The translations under genes were made by a program, and so were the position numbers. Shown in pieces: positions 1 to 15,000 of a stretch of DNA of 64,000 nt. Source of the DNA: Eledone cirrhosa (Eukaryota). The stretch lies in assembly GCA_964016885.1 (NCBI GenBank), contig OZ024753.1:18538001-18602000 (forward strand), in the 5' to 3' direction. Under the pieces are notes generated by a model. That model was not told the DNA's origin. It made no database searches and saw nothing but the letters and a program-made list of their open reading frames with translations. Position 1 is the first letter of the stretch, and each line of letters opens with the position of its first letter.

Positions 1-3000
1 CCTTCTTTCACCAGACTGTCAGCCTCTCTCCCTTCTTTCAACAGACTGTCAGCCTTTCTCCCTTCTTGCACCAGACTGTCAGCCTTTCTCCCTTCTTTCA
101 ACAGACTCTCAGCCTTTCTCCCTTCTTTCAACAGACTTTCAGCCCTTTTCCATTCTTTCACCAGACTGTCAGCCTCTCTCCCTTCTTTCACCAGACTGTC
201 AGCCATTCTCCCTTCTTTCAACAGACTGTCAGTCTTTCTCCCTTCTTTCAACAGACTGCCAGCCTTTCTCCCTTCTTTCAACAGACTGAAAGCCTCTCTC
301 CCTTCTTTCAACAGACCGTCAGCCTCTCTCCTTCTTTCAACAGACTATCTGCCTTTCTCCCTTCTTTCACCAGACTGTCAGCCTTTCTCGCTTCTTTCAA
401 CAGACTGTCAGCCTCTCTCCCTTCTTTCAACAGACTGTTAGCCTCTCTCCCTTCTTTCAACAGACTTTCAGCCTTTCTCCCTTCTTTCAACAGACTGTCA
501 GCCTTTCTCCCATCTTTCACCAGACTGTCAGTCTTTCTCCCTTCTTTCAACAGAGTATCAGCTTCTCCCCCTTCTTTCACCAGACTGTCAGCCTCTCTCC
601 CTTCTTTCACTAGACTGTCAGCCTGTCTCCCTTCTTTCAACAGACTGTCAGCCTTTCTCCCTTCTTTCACCAGACTGTCAGCCTCTCTCCCTTCTTTCAC
701 CAGACTGTCAGCCTCGCTCCCTTATTTCAACAGACTGTCAGCCTTTCTCCCTTCTTTCAACAGACTGTCAGCCTTTCTCCCTTCTTTCAACAGACTGTCA
801 GCCTTTCTCCCTTCTTTCAACAGACTTTCAGTCCTTTTACATTCTTTCACCAGACTGTCAGCCTCTCTCCCTTCTTTCACCAGACTGTCAGCCTCTCTCC
901 CTTCTTTCACCAGACTGTCAGCCTTTCTCCCTTCTTTCAACAGACTGTCAGCCTTTCTCCCTTCTTTCACCAGACTGTCAGCCTCTCTCCCTTCTTTCAC
1001 CAGACTGTCAGCCTCGCTCCCTTCTTTCAACAGACTGTCAGCCTTTCTCCCTTCTTTCAACAGACTGTCAGCCTTTCTCCCTTCTTTCACCAGACTGTCA
1101 GCCATTCTCCCTGCTTTCAACAGACTGTCAGCCTTTCTCACTTCTTTTAACAGACTCTCAGCCTTTCCCCCTTCTTTCAACAGACTGTCAGCCTTTCTCC
1201 CTTCTTTCAACAGACTGTCAGCCATTCTACCTGCTTTCAACAGACTGTAAGTCTTTCTCCCTTCTTTCAACAGACTGTCAGCCTCTCTCCCTTCTTTCAC
1301 CAGACTGTCAGCCTCTCTCTCTTATTTCAAAAAACTGTCAGACTTTTTCCCTTCTTTCACCAGACTGTCAGCCTCTCTCCCTTATTTCAACAGACTGTCA
1401 GCCTTTCTCCCTTCTTTCAACAGACTGTCAGCCTTTCTCCCTTCTTTCAACAGACTGTCAGCCTCTCTCCCTTATTTCAACAGACTGTCAGCCTTTCTCC
1501 CTTCTTTCAAGAGACTGTCAGCCTTTCTCCCTTCTTTCACCAGACTATCAGCCTTTCTCCCTTCTTTCACCAGTCTGTCAGCCTCTCTGCATTCTTTCAC
1601 CAGAATGTCAGCCTTTCTCCCTTCTTTCACGAGGCTGTCAGCCTTTCTCCCTTCTTTCAACAGACTGTCAGCCTCTCTCCCTTCATTCAACAGCCTGTCA
1701 GCCTTTCTCCCTTCTTTCAACAGACTGTCAGCCTTTCTCGCTTCTTTCAACAGTCTGTCAGCCATTCTCCATTTATTCAACAGAATGTCAGCCTTTCACC
1801 CTTCTTTCACCAGACTGTCAGCCATTCTCCCTGTTTCAACAAACTGTCAGCCTTTCTCCCTTCTTTCAACAGACTATCAGCCTCTCTCCCTTCTTTCAGC
1901 AGACTGTCAGCCTTTCACCCTTCTTTCAAGAGACTGCCAACCTTTCTCCCTTCTTTCAACAGACTGTCAGCCTCTCTCCCATCATTCAACAGACTGTCAG
2001 TCTTTCTCCCTTCTTTCAACAGACTGCCAGCCTTTCTCCCTTCATTCAACAGACTGTCAGCCTTTCTCCCTGCTTTCAACAGACTGTCAGCCTTTCTCCC
2101 TTCTTTCAACAGATTATCAGCCTTTCTCCCTGCTTTCAACAGACTGTCAGCCTTTCTCCCTTCTTTCAACAGACTGTCAGCCTCTCTCCCTTCTTTCAAC
2201 AGACTGTCAGACTTTCTCCCTTCTTTCAACAGACTGCCAGCCTTTCTCCCTTCTTTCAACAGACTGTCAGCCTTTCTCCCTTCTTTCAACAGACTGTCAT
2301 CCTTTCTCCCTTCTTTCACCAGACTGTCAGCCTCTCTCCCTTCTTTCACCAGACTGTCAGCCTTTCTCACTTCTTTCAAAATACTGTCATCTTTTATCCC
2401 TTCTTTCAACAGACTGTCAGCTTCTCTGCCTTCTTTCACCAGACTGTCAGCCTCTCTCCCTTCTTTCAACAGAATGTCAGCCTTTCTCCCTTCTTGTACC
2501 AGACTGTCAGCCTTTCTCCCTTCTTTCAACAGACTGTCAGCCTTTCTCCCTTCTTTCAACAGACTTTCAGCCCTTTTCCATTCTTTCACCAGACTGTCAG
2601 CCTCTCTCCCTTCTTTCACCAGACTGTGAGCCTTTCTCCCTTCTTTCAACAGACTGTCAGACTTTCTCCCTTCTTTCAACAGACTGCCAGCCTTTCTCCC
2701 TTCTTTCAACAGACTGAAAGCCTCTCCCCCTTCTTTCAACAGACCGTCAGCCTCTCTCCTTCTTTCAACAGACTATCTGCCTTTCTCCCTTCTTTCACCA
2801 GACTGTCAGCCTTTCTCGCTTCTTTCAACAGACTGTCAGCCTCTCTCCCTTCTTTCAACAGACTGTTAGCCTCTCTCCCTTCTTTCAACAGACTTTCAGC
2901 CTTTCTCCCTTCTTTCAACAGACTGTCAGCCTCTCTCCCTTCTTTCACCAGACTGTCAGCCTCTCTCTCTTATTTCAACAGACTGTCAGACTTTCTTCCT

Positions 3001-6000
3001 TCTTTCACCAGACTGTCAGCCTTTCTCGCTTCTTTCAACAGACTGTCAGCCTCTCTCCCTTCTTTCAACAGACTGTTAGACTCTCTCCCTTCTTTCAACA
3101 GACTTTCAGCCTTTCTCCCTTCTTTCAACAGACTGTCAGCCTTTCTCCCATCTTTCACCAGACTGTCAGTCTTTCTCCCTTCTTTCAACAGAGTATCAGC
3201 TTCTCCCCCTTCTTTCACCAGACTGTCAGCCTCTCTCCCTTCTTTCACTAGACTGTCAGCCTGTCTCCCTTCTTTCAACAGACTGTCAGCCTTTCTCCCT
3301 TCTTTCACCAGACTGTCAGCCTCTCTCCCTTCTTTCACCAGACTGTCAGCCTCGCTCCCTTATTTCAACAGACTGTCAGCCTTTCTCCCTTCTTTCAACA
3401 GACTGTCAGCCTTTCTCCCTTCTTTCAACAGACTGTCAGCCTTTCTCCCTTCTTTCAACAGACTTTCAGTCCTTTTACATTCTTTCACCAGACTGTCAGC
3501 CTTTCTCCCTTCTTTCACCAGACTGTCAGCCTCTCTCCCTTCTTTCACCAGACTGTCAGCCTCGCTCCCTTCTTTCAACAGACTGTCAGCCTTTCTCCCT
3601 TCTTTCAACAGACTGTCAGCCTTTCTCCCTTCTTTCACCAGACTGTCAGCCATGCTCCCTGCTTTCAACAGACTGTCAGCCTTTCTCCCTTCTTTCAACA
3701 GACTCTCAGCCTTTCCCCCTTCTTTCAACAGACCGTCAGCCTTTCTCCCTTCTTTCAACAGACTGTCAGCCATTCTACCTGCTTTCAACAGACTGTAAGC
3801 CTTTCTCCCTTCTTTCAACAGACTGTCAGCCTCTCTCCCTTCTTTCACCAGACTGTCAGCCTCTCTCTCTTATTTCAAAAAACTGTCAGACTTTTTCCCT
3901 TCTTTCACCAGACTGTCAGCCGCTCTCTCTTATTTCAACAGACTGTCAGACTTTCTTCCTTCTTTCACCAGACTGTCAGCCTCTCTCCCTTCTTTCAACG
4001 GACTGTCAGCCTTTCTCCCTTCTTTCACCAGACTGTCAGCCTTTGTCCCTTCTTTCAACAGACTGTCAGACTTTCTCCCTTCTTTCACCAGACTGTCAGC
4101 CTCTCTCCCTTCTTTCAACAGACTGTCAGCCTTTCTCCCTTCTTTCACCAGACTGTCAGCCTTTGTCCCTTCTTTCAACAAACTGTCAGCCTTTCTAGCT
4201 ACTTTCAACAGACTGTCAGCCTCTCTCCCTTCTTTCAGCAGACTGTCAGCCTTTATCTGCCTTCTTTCAACAGACTGTCAGCCTTTCACCCTTCTTTCAA
4301 GAGACTGCCAACCTTTCTCCCTTCTTTCAACAGACTGTCAGCCTTTCTCCCTGCTTTCAAGAGACTGTCAGCCTTTCTCGCTGCTTTCAACAGACTGTCA
4401 GACTTTCTCCCTGCTTTTAACAGACTGTCAGCCTTTCTTCCTTCTTTGATCAGACTGGCAGCCTTTCTCCCTTCTTTCACCAGACTGTCAGCCTTTCTCC
4501 CATCTTTCACCAGACTGTCAGTCTTTCTCCCTTCTTTCAACAGAGTATCAGCTTCTCCCCCTTCTTTCACCAGACTGTCAGCCTCTCTCCCTTCTTTCAC
4601 CAGACTGTCAGCCTTTCTCCCTTCTTTCAACAGACTGTCAGCCTTTCTCCCTTCTTTCACCAGACTGTCAGCCTCTCTCAATTTTTTCACCAGACTGTCA
4701 GCCTCGCTCCCTTCTTTCAACAGACTGTCAGCCTTTCTCCCTTCTTTCACCAGACTGTCAGCCATTCTCCCTGCTTTCAACAGACTGTCAGCCTTTCTCC
4801 CTTCTTTCAACAGACTGCCAGCCTTTCTCCCTTCATTCAACAGACTGTCAGCCTTTCTCCCTGCTTTCAACAGACTGTCAGCCTTTCTCCCTTCTTTCAA
4901 CAGATTATCAGCCTTTCTCCCTGCTTTCAACAGACTGTCAGCCTTTCTCCCTTCTTTCAACAGACTGTCAGCCTCTCTCCCTTCTTTCAACAGACTGTCA
5001 GACTTTCTCCCTTCTTTCAACAGACTGCCAGCCTTTCTCCCTTCTTTCAACAGACTGTCAGCCTTTCTCCCTTCTTTCAACAGACTGTCAGCCTTTCTCC
5101 CTTCTTTCACCAGACTGTCAGCCTCTCTCCCTTCTTTCACCAGACTGTCAGCCTTTCTCACTTCTTTCAAAATACTGTCATCTTTTATCCCTTCTTTCAA
5201 CAGACTGTCAGCTTCTCTGCCTTCTTTCACCAGAGTGTCAGCCTCTCTCTCTTCTTTCAACAGACTGTCAGCCTTTCTCCCTTCTTTCACCAGACTGTCA
5301 GCCTTTCTCCCTTCTTTCAACAGACTGTCAGCCTTTCTCCCTTCTTTCAACAGACTTTCAGCCCTTTTACATTCTTTCACCAGACTGTCAGCCTCTCTCC
5401 CTTCTTTCACCAGAATGTCAGCCTTTCTCCCTTCTTTCACCAGACTGTCAGCCTTTGTCCCTTCTTTCAACAGACTGTCAGACTTTCTCCCTTCTTTCAC
5501 CAGACTGTCAGCCTCTCTCCCTTCTTTCAACAGACTGTCAGCCTTTCTCCCTTCTTTCACCAGACTGTCAGCCTTTGTCCCTTCTTTCAACAAACTGTCA
5601 GCCTTTCTCCCTTCTTTCAACAGACTGTCAGCCTCTCTCCCTTCTTTCAACAGACTGTCAGCCTTTCTCCCTTCTTTCACCAGACTGTCAGCCTTTGACC
5701 CTTCTTTCAACAGACTGTCAGACTTTCTCCCTTCTTTCACCAGACTGTCAGCCTCTCTCCCTTCTTTCAACAGACTGTCAGCCTTTCTCCCTTCTTTCAC
5801 CAGACTGTCAGCCTTTGTCCCTTCTTTCAACAAACTGTCAGCCTTTCTCCCTTCTTTCAACAGACTGTCAGCCTCTCTCCCTTCTTTCAGCAGACTGTCA
5901 GCCTTTATCTGCCTTCTTTCAACAGACTGTCAGCCTTTCACCCTTCTTTCAAGAGACTGCCAACCTTTCTCCCTTCTTTCAACAGACTGTCAGCCTTTCT

Positions 6001-9000
6001 CCCTGCTTTCAAGAGACTGTCAGCCTTTCTCGCTGCTTTCAACAGACTGTCAGACTTTCTCCCTGCTTTCAACAGACTGTCAGCCTTTCTTCCTTCTTTC
6101 ATCAGACTGTCAGCCTTTCTCCCTTCTTTCACCAGACTGTCAGCCTTTCTCCCTTCTTTCAACAGACTGTCAGCCTTTCTCCCATCTTTCACCAGACTGT
6201 CAGTCTTTCTCTCTTCTTTCAACAGAGTATCAGCTTCTTCCCCTTCTTTCACCAGACTGTCAGCCTCTGTCCCTTCTTTCACCAGACTGTCAGCCATTCT
6301 CCCTTCTTTCAACAGACTGTCAGCCTTTCTCCCTTCTTTCACCAGACTGTCAGCCTCTCTCCCTTCTTTCACCAGACTGTCAGCCTCGCTCCCTTCTTTC
6401 AACAGACTGTCAGCCTTTCTCCCTGCTTTCAACAGACTGTCAGCCTTTCTCCCTTCTTTCACCAGACTGTCAGCCATTCTCCCTGCTTTCAACAGACTGT
6501 CAGCCTTTCTCCCTTCTTTCAACAGACTGTCAGCCTTTCCCCCTTCTTTCAACAGACTGTCAGCCTTTCTCCCTTCTTTCAACAGACTGTCAGCCTTTCT
6601 CCCTTCTTTCAACAGTCTGTAAGCCTCTCTCCCTTCTTTCACCAGACTCTCAGCCTTTCTCCCTGCTTTCAACAGACTGTCAGCCTTTCTCCCTGCTTTC
6701 AACAGACTGTCAGCTTTTCTCCCTTCTTTCAACAGACTGTCAGTCATTCTACCTGCTTTCAACAGACTGTCAGCCTTTCTCTCTTCTTTCACCAGACTGT
6801 CAGCCTCTCTCCCTTCTTTCACCAGACTGTCAGCCTTTCTCCCTGCTTTCAACAGACTGTCAGCCTTTCTCCCTTCTTTCAACAGACTGTCAGCCTCTCT
6901 CCCTTCTTTCAACAGACTGTCAGACTTTCTCCCTTCTTTCAACAGACTGCCAGCCTTTCTCCCTTCTTTCAACAGACTGTCAGCCTTTCTCCCTTCTTTC
7001 AACAGACTGTCAGCCTTTCTCCCTTCTTTCACCAGACTGTCAGCCTCTCTCCCTTCTTTCACCAGACTGTCAGCCTTTCTCACTTCTTTCAAAATACTGT
7101 CATCTTTTATCCCTTCTTTCAACAGACTGTCAGCTTCTCTGCCTTCTTTCACCAGACTGTCAGCCTCTCTCCCTTCTTTCAACAGACTGTCAGCCTTTCT
7201 CCCTTCTTTCACCAGACTGTCAGCCTTTCTCCCTTCTTTCAACAGACTTTCAGCCCTTTTACATTCTTTCACCAGACTGTCAGCCTCTCTCCCTTCTTTC
7301 ACCAGAATGTCAGCCTTTCTCCCTTCTTTCACCAGACTGTCAGCCTTTGTCCCTTCTTTCAACAGACTGTCAGACTTTCTACCTTCTTTCACCAGACTGT
7401 CAGCCTCTCTCCCTTCTTTCAACAGACTGTCAGCCTTTCTCCCTTCTTTCACCAGACTGTCAGCCTTTGTCCCTTCTTTCAACAAACTGTCAGCCTTTCT
7501 CCCTTCTTTCAACAGACTGTCAGCCTCTCTCCCTTCTTTCAACAGACTGTCAGCCTTTCTCCCTTCTTTCACCAGACTGTCAGCCTTTGTCCCTTCTTTC
7601 AACAGACTGTCAGACTTTCTCCCTTCTTTCACCAGACTGTCAGCCTCTCTCCCTTCTTTCAACAGACTGTCAGCCTTTCTCCCTTCTTTCACCAGACTGT
7701 CAGCCTTTGTCCCTTCTTTCAACAAACTGTCAGCCTTTCTCCCTTCTTTCAACAGACTGTCAGCCTCTCTCCCTTCTTTCAGCAGACTGTCAGCCTTTAT
7801 CTGCCTTCTTTCAACAGACTGTCAGCCTTTCACCCTTCTTTCAAGAGACTGCCAACCTTTCTCCCTTCTTTCAACAGACTGTCAGCCTTTCTCCCTGCTT
7901 TCAAGAGACTGTCAGCCTTTCTCGCTGCTTTCAACAGACTGTCAGACTTTCTCCCTGCTTTCAACAGACTGTCAGCCTTTCTTCCTTCTTTCATCAGACT
8001 ATCAGCCTTTCTCCCTTCTTTCACCAGACTGTCAGCCTTTCTCCCTTCTTTCAACAGACTGTCAGCCTTTCTCCCATCTTTCACCAGACTGTCAGTCTTT
8101 CTCCCTTCTTTCAACAGAGTATCAGCTTCTCCCCCTTCTTTCACCAGACTGTCAGCCTCTCTCCCTTCTTTCACCAGACTGTCAGCCTTTCTCCCTTCTT
8201 TCAACAGACTGTCAGCCTTTCTCCCTTCTTTCACCAGACTGTCAGCCTCTCTCCCTTCTTTCACCAGACTGTCAGCCTCGCTCCCTTCTTTCAACAGACT
8301 CTCAGCCTTTCTCCCTTCTTTCAACAGACTGTCAGCCTTTCTCCCTTCTTTCACCAGACTGTCAGCCATTCTCCCTGCTTTCAACAGACTGTCAGCCTTT
8401 CTCCCTTCTTTCAACAGACTCTCAGCCTTTCCCCCTTCTTTCAACAGACTGTCAGCCTTTCTCCCTTCTTTCAACAGACTGTCAGCCTTTCTCCCTTCTT
8501 TCAACAATCTGTAAGCCTCTCTCCCTTCTTTCACCAGACTCTCAGCCTTTCTCCCTGCTTTCAACAGACTGTCAGCCTTTCTCCCTGCTTTCAACAGACT
8601 GTCAGCTTTTCTCCCTTCTTTCAACAGACTGTCAGTCATTCTACCTGCTTTCAACAGACTGTCAGCCTTTCTCTCTTCTTTCACCAGACTGTCAGCCTCT
8701 CTCCCTTCTTTCACCAGACTGTCAGCCTTTCTCCCTTCTTTCAACAGACTGTCAGCCATTCTACCTGCTTTCAACAGACTGTAAGCCTTTCTCCCTTCTT
8801 TCAACAGACTGTCAGCCTCTCTCCCTTCTTTCACCAGACTGTCAGCCTCTCTCTCTTATTTCAACAAACTGTCAGACTTTTTCCCTTCTTTCACCAGACT
8901 GTCAGCCTCTCTCCCTTATTTCAACAGACTGTCAGCCTTTCTCCCTTCTTTCAACAGACTGTCAGCCTTTCTCCCTTCTTTCACCAGACTGTCAGCCTCT

Positions 9001-12000
9001 CTCCCTTATTTCAACAGACTGTCAGCCTTTCTCCCTTCTTTCAAGAGACTGTCAGCCTTTCTCCCTTCTTTCACCAGACTATCAGCCTTTCTCCATTCTT
9101 TCACCAGTCTGTCAGCCTCTCTGCATTCTTTCACCAGAATGTCAGCCTTTCTCCCTTCTTTCACGAGACTGTCAGCCTTTCTCCCTTCTTTCAACAGACT
9201 GTCAGCCTCTATCCCTTCATTCAACAGACTGTCAGCCTTTCTCCCTTCTTTCAACAGACTGTCAGCCTTTCTCGCTTCTTTCAACAGACTGTCAGCCATT
9301 CTCCATTTATTCAACAGAATGTCAGCCTTTCACCCTTCTTTCACCAGACTGTCAGCCATTCTCCCTGCTTTCAACAAACTGTCAGCCTTTCTCCCTTCTT
9401 TCAACAGACTATCAGCCTCTCTCCCTTCTTTCAGCAGACTGTCAGCCTTTCACCCTTCTTTCAAGAGACTGCCAACCTTTCTCCCTTCTTTCAACAGACT
9501 GTCAGCCTCTCTCCCATCATTCAACAGACTGTCAGCCTTTCTACCTTCTTTCAACAGACTGTCAGCCTTTCTCGCTTCTTTCAACAGACTGTCAGCCTTT
9601 CTCCCTTCTTTCAACAGACTGCCAGCCTTTCTCCCTTCATTCAACAGACTGTCAGCCTTTCTCTCTGCTTTCAACAGACTGTCAGCCTTTCTCCCTTCTT
9701 TCAACAGATTATCAGCCTTTCTCCCTTCTTTCAACAGACTGTCAGCCTTTCTCCCTTCTTTCAACAGACTGTCAGCTTTTCTCCCTTCTTTCACCAGACT
9801 GTCAGCCTTTCTCCCTTCTTTCACCAGACTGTCAGCCTTTCTCACTTCTTTCAACAGACTGTCAGCTTCTCTCCCTTCTTTCACCAGACTGTCAGCCTCT
9901 CTACCTTCTTTCACCAGACTGTCAGCCTTTCTCCCTTCTTTCAACAGACTGTCAGCCTCTCTCCCTTCTTTCAACAGACTGTCAGACTTTCTCCCTTCTT
10001 TCAACAGACTGCCAGCCTTTCTCCCTTCTTTCAACAGACTGTCAGCCTTTCTCCCTTCTTTCAACAGACTGTCAGCCTTTCTCCCTTCTTTCACCAGACT
10101 GTCAGCCATTCTCCCTGCTTTCAACAGACTGTCAGCCTTTCTCCCTTCTTTCAACAGACTGTCAGCCTTTCTCCCTTCTTTCACCAGACTGTCAGCCTCT
10201 CTCCCTTCTTTCACCAGACTGTCAGCCTTTCTCCCTTCTTTCACCAGACTGTCAGCCTTTCAACCTTCTTTCAAAATACTGTCATCTTTTATCCCTTCTT
10301 TCAACAGACCGTCAGCCTCTCTCCTTCTTTCAACAGACTATCTGCCTTTCTCGCTTCTTTCACCAGACTGTCAGCCTTTCTCGCTTCTTTCAACAGACTG
10401 TCAGCCTCTCTCCCTTCTTTCAACAGACTGTTAGCCTCTCTCCCTTCTTTCAACAGACTTTCAGCCTTTCTCCCTTCTTTCAACAGACTGTCAGCCTCTC
10501 TCCCTTCTTTCACCAGACTGTCAGCCTCTCTCTCTTATTTCAACAGACTGTCAGACTTTCTTCCTTCTTTCACCAGACTGTCAGCCTCTATCCCTTCTTT
10601 CAACAGACTGTCAGCCTTTCTCCCTTCTTTCACCAGACTGTCAGCCTTTGTCCCTTCTTTCAACAAACTGTCAGCCATTCTCCCTTCTTTCAACAGACTG
10701 TCAGCCTCTCTCCCTTCTTTCAGCAGACTGTCAGCCTTTATCTGCCTTCTTTCAACAGACTGTCAGCCTTTCACCCTTCTTTCAAGAGACTGCCAACCTT
10801 TCTCCCTTCTTTCAACAGACTGTCAGCCTTTCTCCCTGCTTTCAAGAGTCTGTCAGCCTTTCTCGCTGCTTTCAACAGACTGTCAGACTTTCTCCCTGCT
10901 TTCAACAGACTGTCAGCCTTTCTTCCTTCTTTCATCAGACTGTCAGCCTTTCTCCCTTCTTTCACCAGACTGTCAGCCTTTCTCCCTTCTTTCAACAGAC
11001 TGCCACCCTTTCTCCCATCTTTCACCAGACTGTCAGTCTTTCTCCCTTCTTTCAACAGAGTATCAGCTTCTCCCCCTTCTTTCACCAGACTGTCAGCCTC
11101 TCTCCCTTCTTTCACCAGACTGTCAGCCTTTCTCCCTTCTTTCAACAGACTGTCAGCCTTTCTCCCTTCTTTCAACAGACTGTCAGCCTTTCTCCCTTCT
11201 TTCACCAGACTGTCAGCCTCTCTCCCTTCTTTCACCAGACTGTCAGCCTTTCTCCCTTCTTTCACCAGACTGTCAGCCTTTCAACCTTCTTTCAAAATAC
11301 TGTCATCTTTTATCCCTTCTTTCAACAGACTGTCAGCTTCTCTGCCTTCTTTCACCAGACTGTCAGCCTCTCTCCCTTCTTTCAACAGACTGTCAGCCTT
11401 TCTCCCTTCTTTCACCAGACTGTCAGCCTTTCTCCCTTCTTTCAACAGACTGTCAGCCTTTCTCCCTTCTTTCAACAGACTTTCAGCCCTTTTCCATTCT
11501 TTCACCAGACTGTCAGCCTCTCTCCCTTCTTTCACCAGACTGTCAGCCTTTCTCCCTTCTTTCAACAGACTGTCAGATTTTCTCCCTTCTTTCAACAGAC
11601 TGCCAGCCTTTCTCCCTTCTTTCAACAGACTGAAAGCCTCTCTCCCTTCTTTCAACAGACCGTCAGCCTCTCTCCTTCTTTCAACAGACTATCTGCCTTT
11701 CTCGCTTCTTTCACCAGACTGTCAGCCTTTCTCGCTTCTTTCAACAGACTGTCAGCCTCTCTCCCTTCTTTCAACAGACTGTTAGCCTCTCTCCCTTCTT
11801 TCAACAGACTTTCAGCCTTTCTCCCTTCTTTCAACAGACTGTCAGCCTCTCTCCCTTCTTTCACCAGACTGTCAGCCTCTCTCTCTTATTTCAACAGACT
11901 GTCAGACTTTCTTCCTTCTTTCACCAGACTGTCAGCCTCTATCCCTTCTTTCAACAGACTGTCAGCCTTTCTCCCTTCTTTCACCAGACTGTCAGCCTTT

Positions 12001-15000
12001 GTCCCTTCTTTCAACAAACTGTCAGCCATTCTCCCTTCTTTCAACAGACTGTCAGCCTCTCTCCCTTCTTTCAGCAGACTGTCAGCCTTTATCTGCCTTC
12101 TTTCAACAGACTGTCAGCCTTTCACCCTTCTTTCAAGAGACTGCCAACCTTTCTCCCTTCTTTCAACAGACTGTCAGCCTTTCTCCCTGCTTTCAAGAGA
12201 CTGTCAGCCTTTCTCGCTGCTTTCAACAGACTGTCAGACTTTCTCCCTGCTTTCAACAGACTGTCAGCCTTTCTTCCTTCTTTCATCAGACTGTCAGCCT
12301 TTCTCCCTTCTTTCACCAGACTGTCAGCCTTTCTCCCTTCTTTCAACAGACTGCCACCCTTTCTCCCATCTTTCACCAGACTGTCAGTCTTTCTCCCTTC
12401 TTTCAACAGAGTATCAGCTTCTCCCCCTTCTTTCACCAGACTGTCAGCCTCTCTCCCTTCTTTCACCAGACTGTCAGCCTTTCTCCCTTCTTTCAACAGA
12501 CTGTCAGCCTTTCTCCCTTCTTTCAACAGACTGTCAGCCTTTCTCCCTTCTTTCACCAGACTGTCAGCCATTCTCCCTGCTTTCAACAGACTGTCAGCCT
12601 TTCTCCCTTCTTTCAACAGACTGTCAGCCTTTCTCCCTTCTTTCAACAGTCTGTAAGCCTCTCTCCCTTCTTTCACCAGACTCTCAGCCTTTCTCCCTGC
12701 TTTCAACAGACTGTCAGCCTTTCTCCCTTCTTTCAACAGACTGTCAGCCTCTCTCCCTTCTTTCACCAGACTGTCAGCCTCTCTCTCTTATTTCAACAAA
12801 CTGTCAGACTTTTTCCCTTCTTTCACCAGACTGTCAGCCTCTCTCCCTTATTTCAACAGACTGTCAGGCTTTCTCCCTTCTTTCAACAGACTGTCAGCCT
12901 TTCTCCCTTCTTTCACCAGACTGTCAGCCTCTCTCCCTTATTTCAACAGACTTTCAGCCTTTCTCCCTTCTTTCAAGAGACTGTCAGCCTTTCTCCCTTC
13001 TTTCACCAGACTATCAGCCTTTCTCCATTCTTTCACCAGTCTGTCAGCCTCTCTGCATTCTTTCACCAGAATGTCAGCCTTTCTCCCTTCTTTCACGAGA
13101 CTGTCAGCCTTTCTCCCTTCTTTCAACAGACTGTCAGCCTCTCTCCCTTCATTCAACAGACTGTCAGCCTTTCTCCCTTCTTTCAACAGAATGTCAGCCT
13201 TTCTCGCTTCCTTCAACAGACTGTCAGCCATTCTCCATTTATTCAACAGAATGTCAGCCTTTCACCCTTCTTTCACCAGACTGTCAGCCATTCTCCCTGC
13301 TTTCAACAAACTGTCAGCCTTTCTCCCTTCTTTCAACAGACTATCAGCCTCTCTCCCTTCTTTCAGCAGACTGTCAGCCTTTCACCCTTCTTTCAAGAGA
13401 CTGCCAACCTTTCTCCCTTCTTTCAACAGACTGTCAGCCTCTCTCCCATCATTCAACAGACTGTCAGCCTTTCTACCTTCTTTCAACAGACTGTCAGCCT
13501 TTCTCGCTTCTTTCAACAGACTGTTAGCCTTTCTCCCTTCTTTCAACAGACTGCCAGCCTTTCTCCCTTCATTCAACAGACTGTCAGCCTTTCTCTCTGC
13601 TTTCAACAGACTGTCAGCCTTTCTCCCTTCTTTCAACAGATTATCAGCCTTTCTCCCTGCTTTCAACAGACTGTCAGCCTTTCTCCCTTCTTTCAACAGA
13701 CTGTCAGCTTTTCTCCCTTCTTTCACCAGACTGTCAGCCTTTCTCCCTTCTTTCACCAGACTGTCAGCCTTTCTCACTTCTTTCAACAGACTGTCAGCTT
13801 CTCTCCCTTCTTTCACCAGACTGTCAGCCTCTCTACCTTCTTTCACCAGACTGTCAGCCTTTCTCCCTTCTTTCAACAGACTGTCAGCCTCTCTCCCTTC
13901 TTTCAACAGACTGTCAGACTTTCTCCCTTCTTTCAACAGACTGCCAGCCTTTCTCCCTTCTTTCAACAGACTGTCAGCCTTTCTCCCTTCTTTCAACAGA
14001 CTGTCAGCCTTTCTCCCTTCTTTCACCAGACTGTCAGCCATTCTCCCTGCTTTCAACAGACTGTCAGCCTTTCTCCCTTCTTTCAACAGACTGTCAGCCT
14101 TTCTCCCTTCTTTCACCAGACTGTCAGCCTCTCTCCCTTCTTTCACCAGACTGTCAGCCTTTCTCCCTTCTTTCACCAGACTGTCAGCCTTTCAACCTTC
14201 TTTCAAAATACTGTCATCTTTTATCCCTTCTTTCAACAGACTGTCAGCTTCTCTGCCTTCTTTCACCAGACTGTCAGCCTCTCTCCCTTCTTTCAACAGA
14301 CTGTCAGCCTTTCTCCCTTCTTTCACCAGACTGTCAGCCTTTCTCCCTGCTTTCAACAGACTGTCAGCCTTTCTCCCTTCTTTCAACAGACTTTCAGCCC
14401 TTTTCCATTCTTTCACCAGACTGTCAGCCTCTCTCCCTTCTTTCACCAGACTGTCAGCCTTTCTCCCTTCTTTCAACAGACTGTCAGACTTTCTCCCTTC
14501 TTTCAACAGACTGCCAGCCTTTCTCCCTTCTTTCAACAGACTGAAAGCCTCTCTCCCTTCTTTCAACAGACCGTCAGCCTCTCTCCTTCTTTCAACAGAC
14601 TATCTGCCTTTCTCCCTTCTTTCACCAGACTGTCAGCCTTTCTCGCTTCTTTCAACAGACTGTCAGCCTCTCTCCCTTCTTTCAACAGACTGTTAGCCCC
14701 TCTCCCTTCTTTCAACAGACTTTCAGCCTTTCTCCCTTCTTTCAACAGACTGTCAGCCTCTCTCCCTTCTTTCACCAGACTGTCAGCCTCTCTCTCTTAT
14801 TTCAACAGACTGTCAGACTTTCTTCCTTCTTTCACCAGACTGTCAGCCTCTCTCCCTTCTTTCAACAGACTGTCAGCCTTTCTCCCTTCTTTCACCAGAC
14901 TGTCAGCCTTTGTCCCTTCTTTCAACAGACTGTCAGACTTTCTCCCTTCTTTCACCAGACTGTCAGCCTCTCTCCCTTCTTTCAACAGACTGTCAGCCTT